In this document: positions 28,289-36,888 of the stretch, in pieces
How the letters are laid out: every line of letters starts with the position of its first letter
Numbering within the stretch: position 1 is the first letter of the stretch
Source: a virus
Lineage: Duplodnaviria; Caudoviricetes
Direction: 5' to 3' (one strand)
Virus record (IMG/VR): IMGVR_UViG_3300030331_003634
Location: 1 to 58,567 of that record
DNA length: 58,567 nt
Program-made: the position numbers and the translations under genes
Notes under the pieces: model-generated
Told to the model about the DNA's origin: nothing
Database searches by the model: none
Seen by the model: the letters and a program-made list of their open reading frames with translations, nothing else

Positions 28289-28568
28289 TGTTATAATCTT
28301 TAATAAATTCTACTACTGCATCATAAGTATCACCCATTTCAGCGACTTGAAGGTGGTGCATTATGTCTGACATCTGACCATCTTCAGCTACATCAAAGCA
28401 TTTATGTATGACAGGCATAAGCCAATCCCAAGATTTGTGGTATTGTAGTTTGTCTGCATACTCACTCCCATTTTTACTTGGAACAGGGCAGTAAATATCT
28501 CCTACTGATTTTATGTGAGTTTTTTCTGCACCCATAAATTCTGCTATAAGTTTGTTATTTTCTTCCAT
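28275..28568 (-). CDS. SWDWLMPV-family early protein, paralog 2
   Basis: NKLIAEF...KSWDWLMPVI...TYDAVVEFIKDYN. Confidence 0.7.
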   Translation of the reverse strand: MEENNKLIAEFMGAEKTHIKSVGDIYCPVPSKNGSEYADKLQYHKSWDWLMPVIHKCFDVAEDGQMSDIMHHLQVAEMGDTYDAVVEFIKDYNNGKN

Positions 28569-28572
28569 AATA

Positions 28573-28785
28573 TTAGTCTTTTGCGTTGTTAATTATTGTA
28601 TGCTCCATATCGTTTACGGAGTTTGTGTTTAAGTAGTCGTATAGGAAGTCTGTAATATCTACTGCACTCATTGTCTTTCTACAATGAAACATAATACTAT
28701 TGACTTCTAAATCTTCGTTGGTAACGTAGGCATCCACTACTACTTCGTAGTCTTTACCCTCTTGCAAAGTTGTTTGTGTATTCAT
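28573..28785 (-). CDS. Hypothetical acidic protein (likely start MNTQ)
   Basis: Canonical aaccaaaaactaaaaactatg leader precedes this ATG. Confidence 0.6.
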   Translation of the reverse strand: MNTQTTLQEGKDYEVVVDAYVTNEDLEVNSIMFHCRKTMSAVDITDFLYDYLNTNSVNDMEHTIINNAKD

Positions 28786-28902
28786 AGTTTTTAGTTTTTG
28801 GTTAGGCAATATTAGTAAATATATTTTACATGTGCAAATTTAATCTTTAATTTCATAATTGTTAATTTTTTTAAATTCCTTGACTTTTTAAAATATTTCT
28901 TG

Positions 28903-29100
28903 TAACTTCGTTTCCCTAAAGTAATGGTGGCAGTTGAGACATACCCCTCAAATGTTAAGAAATATATAACTCTTTTGGTGGCAATGTCCGACCTAAGTGA
29001 GACCACATCGGGTATAGGGAGGAATGCTCACCAAAACTAAAGAGACAACCACACTCATTACGTTTGTGTATAAGCCCATACTATATTCTATTGGTAATAG
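28903..29100 (+). ncRNA. Candidate structured ncRNA on the strand opposite the early genes
   Basis: ttg-20 nt-taacttcg promoter-like signal; stems ttttggtggca/tgctcaccaaaa, atgtccga/tcgggtat (G-U pairs favour + strand), ttgag/ctcaa; GC-richer than flanks. Confidence 0.45.
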
Positions 29101-29103
29101 GTA

Positions 29104-29358
29104 CTATACTTCGTAATAGTATGATTCAAATTGTTGTTTCAAGGCTCTCCCCTCTCTTGTGTTAAACCCATAGTTATGAGAGACTATCCCACTACTTATA
29201 GGTAGTGGTCTATTCTCTACCATAAAGAAGAAGATGTCCTCTGCTTTTATATCGTGTAGGTTTGCAAGTTCTGAACAAGCGTATTCCATATTGTCCATGT
29301 CGTGTACTACCTTACCATAGTTATCCATAAGGTATTTGTGCATTTGTTTTGCTTTCAT
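29104..29358 (-). CDS. Hypothetical early protein
   Basis: 84-aa ORF. Confidence 0.6.
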   Translation of the reverse strand: MKAKQMHKYLMDNYGKVVHDMDNMEYACSELANLHDIKAEDIFFFMVENRPLPISSGIVSHNYGFNTREGRALKQQFESYYYEV

Positions 29359-29362
29359 AGTA

Positions 29363-29584
29363 TTAGTCGTTTAATAGGTTGTCTGTATTGTTTAGTTTTT
29401 CCATTTGTTTGATAGCGTGGAGTAGTCGCCAATGTTCATCTTTTGTACCATTGTTATCAATATAGTTGATAATATCCTGCACAGATGATAGTGAATTGAT
29501 GTCTGCGTTCCAATTCGTGTTTAGGTTTAGAGGCATACGAATCATTTTAGATTGTAGGTAGCCTATTGTTGTGTAACTTCCCAT
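29363..29584 (-). CDS. Hypothetical early protein
   Basis: 73-aa ORF with aaactatg leader. Confidence 0.6.
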   Translation of the reverse strand: MGSYTTIGYLQSKMIRMPLNLNTNWNADINSLSSVQDIINYIDNNGTKDEHWRLLHAIKQMEKLNNTDNLLND

Positions 29585-29587
29585 AGT

Positions 29588-29713
29588 TTATTTAGTATAA
29601 GTATTAATATTTAACTCGTTAGCTTTAAGTCTGAAAAAATATTGTTCAGATGTAATTATGTTTCTAACCCACAAACTTATCAAGTGTTTTGGATTGTTAT
29701 TTTGCTTCTTCAT
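29588..29713 (-). CDS. Small hypothetical early protein (41 aa), not in ORF track
   Basis: MKKQNNNPKHLISLWVRNIITSEQYFFRLKANELNINTYTK, aaactatg leader. Confidence 0.55.
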   Translation of the reverse strand: MKKQNNNPKHLISLWVRNIITSEQYFFRLKANELNINTYTK

Positions 29714-29718
29714 AGTTT

Positions 29719-29958
29719 CTATTTATTTTTGTTATTATTTTCTTCGTGTATTTCCATTAGTTTATCTACAATAAATTCTTCTATCTCATCGTATTTGCAA
29801 TCAGTAAAGTGGAATATTTCACTATTGTGGTCTAACTCAATTCCTAATAGTTCTGAGAACTTATCAAATATTTTATTATCGCTTAATATTTCTTCCACAA
29901 ATAATTGCATTCTAAATTTATTACCTCTTATTTCGTGTGGTTTAAGATTCTGTATCAT
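29719..29958 (-). CDS. Hypothetical early protein
   Basis: 79-aa acidic ORF, aaccaaaaactagaaactatg leader. Confidence 0.6.
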   Translation of the reverse strand: MIQNLKPHEIRGNKFRMQLFVEEILSDNKIFDKFSELLGIELDHNSEIFHFTDCKYDEIEEFIVDKLMEIHEENNNKNK

Positions 29959-29974
29959 AGTTTCTAGTTTTTGG

Positions 29975-30193
29975 TTATTTTATATTGTTTGATTCAAATA
30001 AGTTTATTATTGATTTATTTACTCTATTGTTGTATTCTGATATTAATGTTTTCGCAGTATTATAATCGCACCCCGAATAATCTTGTATCTCGTTATCATC
30101 CCCTACAAAAATTTCTATGTCGCAGTCGTATATATAATCCCAACCGATAAATTCTTGTCTGAACATTCTTGCTTTTTTGTGTAATAGTGTCAT
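29975..30193 (-). CDS. Hypothetical early protein
   Basis: 72-aa ORF, aaactatg leader. Confidence 0.6.
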   Translation of the reverse strand: MTLLHKKARMFRQEFIGWDYIYDCDIEIFVGDDNEIQDYSGCDYNTAKTLISEYNNRVNKSIINLFESNNIK

Positions 30194-30222
30194 AGTTTCT
30201 AATTGTTTAGGTTAAGGGAGCA

Positions 30223-30432
30223 TTACGCTCCCATTGTAAAAGTGTTGTTTTTATAATTTGCATCAATAAACTTGAAACAATTTCTTATTTCGCTTTTATC
30301 ATCCGATAACCATTCCCCTCTAAAATCTGAATCTTTAACCTTAAGAGAGTAAATATATTTGTTGTTAATGAACGATACAGAAATTGTTACATTGTTTCCG
30401 TTGTTAGTGCGAGTTTCGAATTGTTTAGTCAT
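30223..30432 (-). CDS. First early gene, hypothetical (likely start MTKQF)
   Basis: Near-consensus promoter (aatatttg, minus strand, 30466-30473) lies upstream of this ATG. Confidence 0.55.
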   Translation of the reverse strand: MTKQFETRTNNGNNVTISVSFINNKYIYSLKVKDSDFRGEWLSDDKSEIRNCFKFIDANYKNNTFTMGA

Positions 30433-30473
30433 AATAAATAAAGTTTTAATTAATGATTGATGTTGCAAATATT

Positions 30474-30935
30474 ATAATTAGTTTTTACATACACAAATAA
30501 AATGTAAACTTTTTTTACATATTAATATTGAAGATTATATCTAAACTCAACAATAGCAAGGGATTGAGAGGGTAAAATTTTTTTTAGATTGATTGTATAT
30601 TTTCGGGGTTGGTGTGTTTGGTGGGGAGATTATGCCCCCTCTCTCTACTACTTTCTCTATAATAGTAACTGCGATACACTCCATTTAAGATGTGTTAGGA
30701 GCAATGTAAAGCAAAGTTTCGGCATCTTGTTATATATATCTAGTATAGTTAGATATAGTTAGTGTGATGAGCTGAAAATAGAAACGACATTTGTATTCTG
30801 TGTATTGTATTTTAGTTTGGGGACCCCGTTTGCGGTTTCGGGTTTCGGTGTGCGTGTGTCGACCCCTATATACATATATAACCCCCACCTTTTTTACTTC
30901 TCAAAAAATTTTGTACATTGCAAAAAATTTATATC
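30474..30935. other. Largest non-coding region; divergent strand switch; candidate physical genome end/packaging or origin region
   Basis: No credible ORF; G/T-skewed patches, ggggacccc palindrome, cggtttcgggtttcggt, tatatacatatata, aaaatttt. Confidence 0.55.
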
Positions 30936-31133
30936 ATGGCAAAAGCGATTAAAAAAAACAAACCTGTTAAGGGTGTTAGCACAGAGGGTCTTACATCTAG
31001 ACAAGCAAAAACACTTCAAAAACATTCAGTTCACCACACTAAAAAACATATAGCTGCAATGGTTAAGGCTATGAAGGCTGGTGCAACATTTGGGCAATCT
31101 CATAAAAAGGCTCAACGTAAAGTTGGAACTTAA
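30936..31133 (+). CDS. Small basic protein (MAKAIKK...)
   Basis: 65 aa, Lys/His-rich; follows tacattgc promoter-like box. Confidence 0.7.
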   Translation: MAKAIKKNKPVKGVSTEGLTSRQAKTLQKHSVHHTKKHIAAMVKAMKAGATFGQSHKKAQRKVGT

Positions 31134-31297
31134 TGCCTAAATCTGTTAAAAAAACAAAAAGTGTTAGAGCTCCTTTTGGATTTCATTGGATTAGAAAGGG
31201 ATTGGATAGATATAGTCTAGTCAGAAACAAAGGATCTTTTGTTCCTTATCCTGGGGCAAGTCTTACTGTTAAATTCAAAGTAGAAGAAAAAAAATAA
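31133..31297 (+). CDS. Small basic protein (MPKSVKK...), not in ORF track
   Basis: MPKSVKKTKSVRAPFGFHWIRKGLDRYSLVRNKGSFVPYPGASLTVKFKVEEKK; TAATG coupling. Confidence 0.7.
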   Translation: MPKSVKKTKSVRAPFGFHWIRKGLDRYSLVRNKGSFVPYPGASLTVKFKVEEKK

Positions 31298-31298
31298 A

Positions 31299-31592
31299 AT
31301 GCCTAGAGCTGTTAAGAGAGATCCAAAGGTTGGTACTGGTAAAAAACCAAAAGGTTCTGGTAGACGACTCTACACTGACGAGAATCCTAAGGATACTGTT
31401 AGTATTAAGTTTGCTACTCCTTCAGATGCTAGGGCAACTGTTGCTAAAGTAAAGCGTATTAATAAACCATACGCTAGAAAGATACAGATATTAACTGTAG
31501 GTGAACAACGTGCTAAGGTCATGGGTAAAAGTGAAGTTGCTAGTATATTTAAGCGTGGTAAAGAATCTATAAGGAGAAATAGAAATGCCTAA
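31299..31592 (+). CDS. Small basic protein (MPRAVKR...)
   Basis: DPKVGTGKKPKGSGRRLYTDENPKDTV block. Confidence 0.75.
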   Translation: MPRAVKRDPKVGTGKKPKGSGRRLYTDENPKDTVSIKFATPSDARATVAKVKRINKPYARKIQILTVGEQRAKVMGKSEVASIFKRGKESIRRNRNA

Positions 31593-31698
31593 AGCTTTGA
31601 AAAAAAAGTTATACAAAAGAGCAAAGAAAAAGTTCCCTAAAGACAAGAAGCTTCAAGATAGGTATGTATACGGAACTTTAAATAAAATTAATAAATAA
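31585..31698 (+). CDS. Small basic protein (MPKALKK...), not in ORF track
   Basis: MPKALKKKLYKRAKKKFPKDKKLQDRYVYGTLNKINK. Confidence 0.65.
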   Translation: MPKALKKKLYKRAKKKFPKDKKLQDRYVYGTLNKINK

Positions 31699-31820
31699 TG
31701 TTTGGAAGTATTTACAGTATGATATACAACGTATTTTGGATTACTGATGATTTATGTGTTGTAGTGTGTCAAGATACTTTTGGAAACGTTATTAGTATAT
31801 CATCTAACGATGAGTGTTAA
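31698..31820 (+). CDS. Small hypothetical protein (40 aa), not in ORF track
   Basis: MFGSIYSMIYNVFWITDDLCVVVCQDTFGNVISISSNDEC; TAATG coupling. Confidence 0.45.
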   Translation: MFGSIYSMIYNVFWITDDLCVVVCQDTFGNVISISSNDEC

Positions 31821-32190
31821 AGACACAAAGACAGAGCAGCTAGGAATGAATCCTGGAACTGCTTCAAATAGACTTAAGAAAAACCTACTATTTGAGTTTG
31901 CAAAGAGACTAGATATGCACTGGTGTTATCAGTGCGGTGCAGAAATAAAGGATTGTGACGATTTCACTATAGAACACAAAACCCCTTGGCTTCATTCAGA
32001 AGATCCCAGGGGTTTATTTTTTGATATTGACAACATAGCTTTCTCGCACAAGAGTTGCAACTATAAAGCAGCTAGAAACAGAAAGGGTAAACCTTGTCCT
32101 TCAACGACAGCTTATAGAAATGGCTGCCGATGTGAAGGATGTGTAAAGGTTCAAAGTGATTATAGAAAGTCTTGGGAAAAGAAGTCTTAA
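31810..32190 (+). CDS. HNH endonuclease with C-terminal Cys-rich Zn finger
   Basis: CYQC...TIEHKTPW...DNIAFSHKSCN; CPSTTAYRNGCRCEGC; ATG start at 31810. Confidence 0.8.
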   Translation: MSVKDTKTEQLGMNPGTASNRLKKNLLFEFAKRLDMHWCYQCGAEIKDCDDFTIEHKTPWLHSEDPRGLFFDIDNIAFSHKSCNYKAARNRKGKPCPSTTAYRNGCRCEGCVKVQSDYRKSWEKKS

Positions 32191-32585
32191 GCTTCTGTAC
32201 CAAATACCATAAACTCAACTATAGTTCCACTAGTTACAGCAAAAGCTTTTAAATCTATAGAGTTATTTACAGGCATAAAAGCAAACTCTCCACCTTGTAA
32301 TTTTAATAGTATAGGGTTTCCAGATGTAGTAGCATCATATATTAATACGTGATCTGTAGTAGTAGTATCTGTGTTTTTTATGTATACATAAGCAGGGGCT
32401 GTAAAGTCTGCTGCTGTGTGTATTGTAACCTGACCAGATGCTGTACCTTTAGCTGTAGATGTTATAGCTTTACGAGCTAAACCTGTAGTTGCAGTTGCAG
32501 ATATAGACTTGTTTAAGTTTAGACTTAGAGACTGAGATGTTAAGTCTGAACTTGATATTGTTAATTTTGTTGTTACTGTTGCCAT
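32187..32585 (-). CDS. Hypothetical beta-rich, probably structural protein
   Basis: Thr/Ser/Ala-rich, YVYIKNT..LQGGEFAFMP; own tatatttg promoter box at 32610-32617. Confidence 0.6.
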   Translation of the reverse strand: MATVTTKLTISSSDLTSQSLSLNLNKSISATATTGLARKAITSTAKGTASGQVTIHTAADFTAPAYVYIKNTDTTTTDHVLIYDATTSGNPILLKLQGGEFAFMPVNNSIDLKAFAVTSGTIVEFMVFGTEA

Positions 32586-32641
32586 TTTATTTTAAATTAT
32601 GTGTGTTTGCAAATATATGAAATTATTTTTATTGTTTCTTA

Positions 32642-34291
32642 TTAAGGATTAGAATCATATTCAGCACTTGTTGTACCCAAATATGTTCCCCAATCATACT
32701 CAACTACTGTGCTTACATACCAAAAAGTATTACCACTTAAGTCAGTATCATTCTGTATTGATATAGTCACTAAGTCTCCTGAGTCAAAATGTTTAGCGTT
32801 ACTAAATGCAAAGTGAAACACATGATAATCATCAGTAGACGTAACAGCTAATGTTTCTGTTTCTTCTTCTGTCCAATTTGATGTGCTAAATTGATTAATG
32901 TTTGGTGCTATAGTATTAACACCTATAGTCATATTACCAGAACCTGTAATACTTGATGTTCTAACAGTTACAGAAACAATTCTACCGTCACAAGGCATTA
33001 ACATTGCAGCTTCTTCTTGATATATTGTAGTTTGTTCATTAATATCTTTAAATGGTAAAAAATGTTTTGTTGTACCTAAATCATCAAGAAAACTTTGTGA
33101 GTATATTTCTCTTTGCTTTCCTGTTATTATACCTGTAACAGTTAAATTACCTGATTGGTCTAAATCTAAAGTTGTTGTGGCATTATTAGCCATTTTAACT
33201 TTAAAGTTACCCTCATCATTTCTCATTACAAGGTCATCCCCTGTACCAACCATACCAATGGCATTTGTTCCAGCAGTTGAGTTATCTGAAACCCTTACCA
33301 TACAATCAGCATCTGTACTAGAAGCGTTAATAGCTACATTACCTGTAGTTGAGTTTATAGTTAACGCATTGGCTGCTCCTGTTATATCTAAGTCTGCACA
33401 AGATAAAGTTCCACCTATAGATGTATTACCACTAGAATCAAAGGTTATACAGGTAGTACCATCATCGTCTTTTATATCGTTACCTGTAACAGTAAGATCT
33501 CCGTTTACAGTAAAGTTTCCTGCAGATGCAGTTGCTGTAGCAGCATTACCAGTTGTGCTTTGATTTAATGTAGGAACATTGTCAGCGTGAATATTTCCAT
33601 CTCCACTTACAGTTAAATCAACTGGTATATCGTTTACAACTAAATCTATTGTACCGTCACTATCCTGGTATGTAGCGGATATTCTTGTTTCTGTATTTCC
33701 AGTAAACATTGCACCAACAATATCCTGAACCTCTTCATTTGTAAGTTGAGTATTGGTATCAGCTGTCATGTCATCTACCACAAGATCAATAGTGCCATCA
33801 CTGTCTTCATAGGTTGCACTTATCCTAGTCTCAGTGTTAGATGTAAACATAGCACCTACTATGTCTTGAACTTCTTCAGTAGTAAGTTGTGTGTTGGTGT
33901 CTGTAGCTACAAGGTCTATTGTTCCGTCAGAATCTTGATAAGTAACTGTAATGTTGGTTTCAGTATTACTACTAAACATGGCTCCAACAATATCTTGAAC
34001 TTGTTCTGTAGTTAGCGTGGCTCCACTAGAGCTAAGTTCAACCTCTGAAACCTCGTTACTTTTAAAGTATAGCTTTCCGTCTGCAGACTTAATATATACT
34101 ACACCACCATCTCCATCTACTGGAGTTCCTGGCACTGAAGATGATTCTTTTATCTTTACAGAGTCAGCTTTAATATCTCCGTAAAAATCAAAAAGGCTAC
34201 GTTGTAGTAGCCCTTTCTTAAAAATCCTCATCACTCTTCGACCATAGTCGGTGACTACCTCACCTATACCATTTTTCTTTGGTGATTTCAT
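32642..34291 (-). CDS. Tail fibre/receptor-binding-like protein
   Basis: ADGKLYFK, three ~43-aa repeats, LNQSTTGNAATAT, GDLTVTGNDI trimeric-fibre motifs, C-terminal beta domain. Confidence 0.7.
   Translation of the reverse strand: MKSPKKNGIGEVVTDYGRRVMRIFKKGLLQRSLFDFYGDIKADSVKIKESSSVPGTPVDGDGGVVYIKSADGKLYFKSNEVSEVELSSSGATLTTEQVQDIVGAMFSSNTETNITVTYQDSDGTIDLVATDTNTQLTTEEVQDIVGAMFTSNTETRISATYEDSDGTIDLVVDDMTADTNTQLTNEEVQDIVGAMFTGNTETRISATYQDSDGTIDLVVNDIPVDLTVSGDGNIHADNVPTLNQSTTGNAATATASAGNFTVNGDLTVTGNDIKDDDGTTCITFDSSGNTSIGGTLSCADLDITGAANALTINSTTGNVAINASSTDADCMVRVSDNSTAGTNAIGMVGTGDDLVMRNDEGNFKVKMANNATTTLDLDQSGNLTVTGIITGKQREIYSQSFLDDLGTTKHFLPFKDINEQTTIYQEEAAMLMPCDGRIVSVTVRTSSITGSGNMTIGVNTIAPNINQFSTSNWTEEETETLAVTSTDDYHVFHFAFSNAKHFDSGDLVTISIQNDTDLSGNTFWYVSTVVEYDWGTYLGTTSAEYDSNP
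33635..34015 (-). repeat. 3 tandem repeats LT[TN]E[EQ]VQDIVGAMFxxNTETxIxxTYxDSDGTIDLV
   Basis: Visible in the translation; DNA differs mainly at third positions. Bounds approximate. Confidence 0.9.
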
Positions 34292-34297
34292 TTAGAT

Positions 34298-35329
34298 TTA
34301 CTTTTTCATTTTAGCACCGTACATTGCTTTTTTTTTCATCTTAGCACCATACATAGCTTTCTTCTTCATCTTAGCACCGTACATAGCTTTCTTCATAGAA
34401 GCACCATACATCATTTTGCCTTTTGCTCTTACCATTTTAGCCACAGCTTGCTCACGAGACATCCCTCCACCAGCTTTTGACATATAGTATTTTACTAATT
34501 GTGGTCCTGATGTTGCTTTTTCTGCAATTCCTTCTTTAGCTTGAACAGCTTCTCCTCTTCTTGAGGATTTTACTTTTGGAGTTGAAAGCAATGGATTTTT
34601 AGGTTTGCTATCTTTTTGAAGTTTCTTAGCCTTAGCATCCATTTCTGCTTTTTGCTTCTTAGTAATCTTACCACCATTCTTTAGCATTTTGTCGTCTTTC
34701 TTCATACTTTCCATCATCTCTTTACTTCCCATACGACCACCTATTTTCATGTAACCCATTTTATTTCGTACACTAGTTGGTAGCTTAGATAGACCTTTGG
34801 CATTAGAAGGAACTGGTTTTAGCTTACCACCTTTTTCCATCATCTTCATTTTCATTTTACCCATTGCTGCACCGCCTGGTGCTTTTTTTACTGCTTTCAT
34901 TTTTTTTGTTTTTACAGGTGCAATCATTATAGCTAGAGCACCACCATTTCTAGCGTTAATATCTTTTTGTTTACGTTTAATCATTTTTTTTGTAGTACCA
35001 TCAGCCATCATTCTTTCGTATACTTCTCCAAACCCAACACTTGCTCTAGACTTTTTATTAGCTATAGCTCTTTTAGTTGTAGCTTGATCTTTCTTCTGCT
35101 GCTCTCTAAATTTTTTCATTTCAGCTGATTTCTTAGCAGACTCCTCTGCAGAAGCTAATCCAGACATTCCAGGACTCATAGCTTTTTTAACTTTAGCAGC
35201 TTCTCTTCTAACTTTTAAGTTCGCCTCTCTTTTAGCTCTATTTTTAGCTCTTAACTCTTGTAAAGAAGTTTTTTTAGCTAACTCTTCTGCTTGTTTTCTT
35301 GCTCTTCTTTTTTTTAAAAGTTTTACCAT
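34298..35329 (-). CDS. Highly basic Lys/Met/Ala-rich low-complexity protein (likely start MVKLLKK)
   Basis: Recurrent xxGG/xxGA motifs; C-terminal KKAMYGAKMK repeats. Confidence 0.7.
   Translation of the reverse strand: MVKLLKKRRARKQAEELAKKTSLQELRAKNRAKREANLKVRREAAKVKKAMSPGMSGLASAEESAKKSAEMKKFREQQKKDQATTKRAIANKKSRASVGFGEVYERMMADGTTKKMIKRKQKDINARNGGALAIMIAPVKTKKMKAVKKAPGGAAMGKMKMKMMEKGGKLKPVPSNAKGLSKLPTSVRNKMGYMKIGGRMGSKEMMESMKKDDKMLKNGGKITKKQKAEMDAKAKKLQKDSKPKNPLLSTPKVKSSRRGEAVQAKEGIAEKATSGPQLVKYYMSKAGGGMSREQAVAKMVRAKGKMMYGASMKKAMYGAKMKKKAMYGAKMKKKAMYGAKMKK
34301..34412 (-). repeat. 30-bp tandem repeat (3 copies plus partial) encoding KKAMYGAKMK
   Basis: ttcatcttagcacc[ag]tacatagctttc units. 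Confidence 0.9.
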
Positions 35330-35330
35330 T

Positions 35331-35654
35331 TTATATTTCTTCTGTCCCTTCAAGGACGTTATAAAATTTATTAATCAACCTGTGTGTTTTACTTGTTACA
35401 CGATATTGATTAGGTTGATTTGAGTTCCAAGCTCGTTTTTCAAAAACAAATATGTAGTCACGTTTAACTAACTCAGGAAACATCCTATCGTTAAAGTTTT
35501 TACTAACGTACATATTTTCTCGTATAAACCTTTTGGTAAAAGATCCTTTCTCATCATTTATAAAAAGAAGGAACCTCATTTGATTATCCGTAAGGTCGTA
35601 CTTTCTTTGGAAGGAGTACAGGGTATCACTAAGATACTTCAAGTAATTCCTCAT
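35331..35654 (-). CDS. Putative winged-helix (MarR-like) regulator
   Basis: YDLTDNQMRFLLFI...ELVKRDYI...YRVTSKTHRLI spacing matches wHTH. Confidence 0.6.
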   Translation of the reverse strand: MRNYLKYLSDTLYSFQRKYDLTDNQMRFLLFINDEKGSFTKRFIRENMYVSKNFNDRMFPELVKRDYIFVFEKRAWNSNQPNQYRVTSKTHRLINKFYNVLEGTEEI

Positions 35655-35674
35655 TGTCTTAGATTAAATTAGGT

Positions 35675-35720
35675 CAAAGATAATAATTTTATTATAATTA
35701 AAAAATTATCATTACATTTG
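35675..35720. promoter_or_regulatory. Back-to-back divergent Bacteroidota promoters
   Basis: tatctttg (minus, 35675-35682) and tacatttg (plus, 35713-35720). Confidence 0.65.
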
Positions 35721-35752
35721 CGTATAAAATAAAAAATTAAAATAAAAATATT

Positions 35753-36358
35753 ATGTCTCAATTTAGAGGAAAATACAGAACAGTAAAAGTTTCACCAAAA
35801 TGTGTAGCAGCATCAGTAGCTAATGGAAATATAATATTTCCTCCAACTGAGATACCTGGAGCATGTCATCCAGGTGGCACATCTTTATTAAAGCAAATTA
35901 GAGTTTTTGATAAAGATGATTTAGCCGCAGATTTAGAGTTGTTATTTTTTGAAACCTTAGCAGATACAGAGTTTGTTGATTATTCAACTTCTACAACATC
36001 TGTAAATTTTACAATAAGTGGAGGTAACGCTACAGATACAGAGGTTGAAGAAGCTAATCCATTAGCTTTCTTAACTATGGATATATCAGAATATGCTGAT
36101 ACAACTGTAGCTGGGGGCACCATTATAAAGAATAAAGTAGATTTTTCACAAAGTAGATCTACTTACGATTCTGGTAATTTAGACATATTTGTTAAATCTA
36201 ATCCAAGTCAAGCTTTAATAGATACAACTATTACTCGTGATAGTCAAACAATACCTAAAGGAATACCAGGTTCCATATTTTTTATGGGCATCTCTACAGC
36301 TACTAAAACATACACTAATACATCTTATACTTTTGAGTTTGTATTTGAAATATATTAA
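35753..36358 (+). CDS. Hypothetical beta-rich, possibly structural protein
   Basis: 201-aa ORF, first gene of the main + operon. Confidence 0.6.
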   Translation: MSQFRGKYRTVKVSPKCVAASVANGNIIFPPTEIPGACHPGGTSLLKQIRVFDKDDLAADLELLFFETLADTEFVDYSTSTTSVNFTISGGNATDTEVEEANPLAFLTMDISEYADTTVAGGTIIKNKVDFSQSRSTYDSGNLDIFVKSNPSQALIDTTITRDSQTIPKGIPGSIFFMGISTATKTYTNTSYTFEFVFEIY

Positions 36359-36360
36359 TA

Positions 36361-36573
36361 ATGGAAATATTTAAAAACGATAACGCTTGGAATGAGAAGG
36401 CTATCGTAGGTTTTATAGCATTTGCTATTATGTGTCTTATAATGATAGCTGACCTTGTTACAGGATGGGTAGGGTCAGACCTAGTAATAAACGAGTTTGT
36501 ATACGACTCCTTCGTGTGGGTTGTGTTAGGCTCGTTTGGCATTTCTGGCGTAGAAAAATTTGCTAAAAAATAA
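36361..36573 (+). CDS. Small two-TM membrane protein (holin-like)
   Basis: Two hydrophobic helices, basic C-terminus. Confidence 0.6.
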   Translation: MEIFKNDNAWNEKAIVGFIAFAIMCLIMIADLVTGWVGSDLVINEFVYDSFVWVVLGSFGISGVEKFAKK

Positions 36574-36887
36574 TGGCGAAAGCTGTAAAGAAAGATAATA
36601 GATTAAAAAAAGCTGGAGTATCTGGATACAATAAAGCTAAACGTACTCCTAATCATCCTACTAAATCACACATAGTTGTTGCAAAGGAAGGTGATAAGAT
36701 TAAAACTATACGTTTTGGTCAGCAAGGTAAAAAGGTAGGGTCATTGTCTGGAACTGCAGGTAAACCAAAAAAAGGTGAGTCAGATAAAATGAAGAAAAAA
36801 AGAGCCTCATTTAAAGCACGTCATGGTAAAAATATAGCTAAAGGTAAAATGTCTGCAGCTTATTGGGCTGATAAAGTTAAATGGTAA
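36573..36887 (+). CDS. Small basic protein (MAKAVKK...)
   Basis: KTIRFGQQG...KRASFKARH...SAAYWADKVKW, a recurrent viral basic-protein family. Confidence 0.75.
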   Translation: MAKAVKKDNRLKKAGVSGYNKAKRTPNHPTKSHIVVAKEGDKIKTIRFGQQGKKVGSLSGTAGKPKKGESDKMKKKRASFKARHGKNIAKGKMSAAYWADKVKW

Positions 36888-36888
36888 T

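Noticed and set aside
28812-29006. 64-aa minus-strand ORF
   Set aside because: Non-ATG start without the usual A-rich leader, and it overlaps the structured + strand element; not fully excluded.
20281-29992. Alternate-frame or + strand ORFs at 20281, 20382, 22049, 23083, 26204, 27001, 29642
   Set aside because: They overlap better-supported minus-strand genes; composition typical of antisense frames.
30805-31053. 82-aa + ORF
   Set aside because: Non-ATG start in the low-complexity switch region, overlapping the better 30936-31133 gene.
34301-34412. 30-bp repeats as CRISPR or iterons
   Set aside because: Head-to-tail coding repeats with synonymous variation and no spacers.
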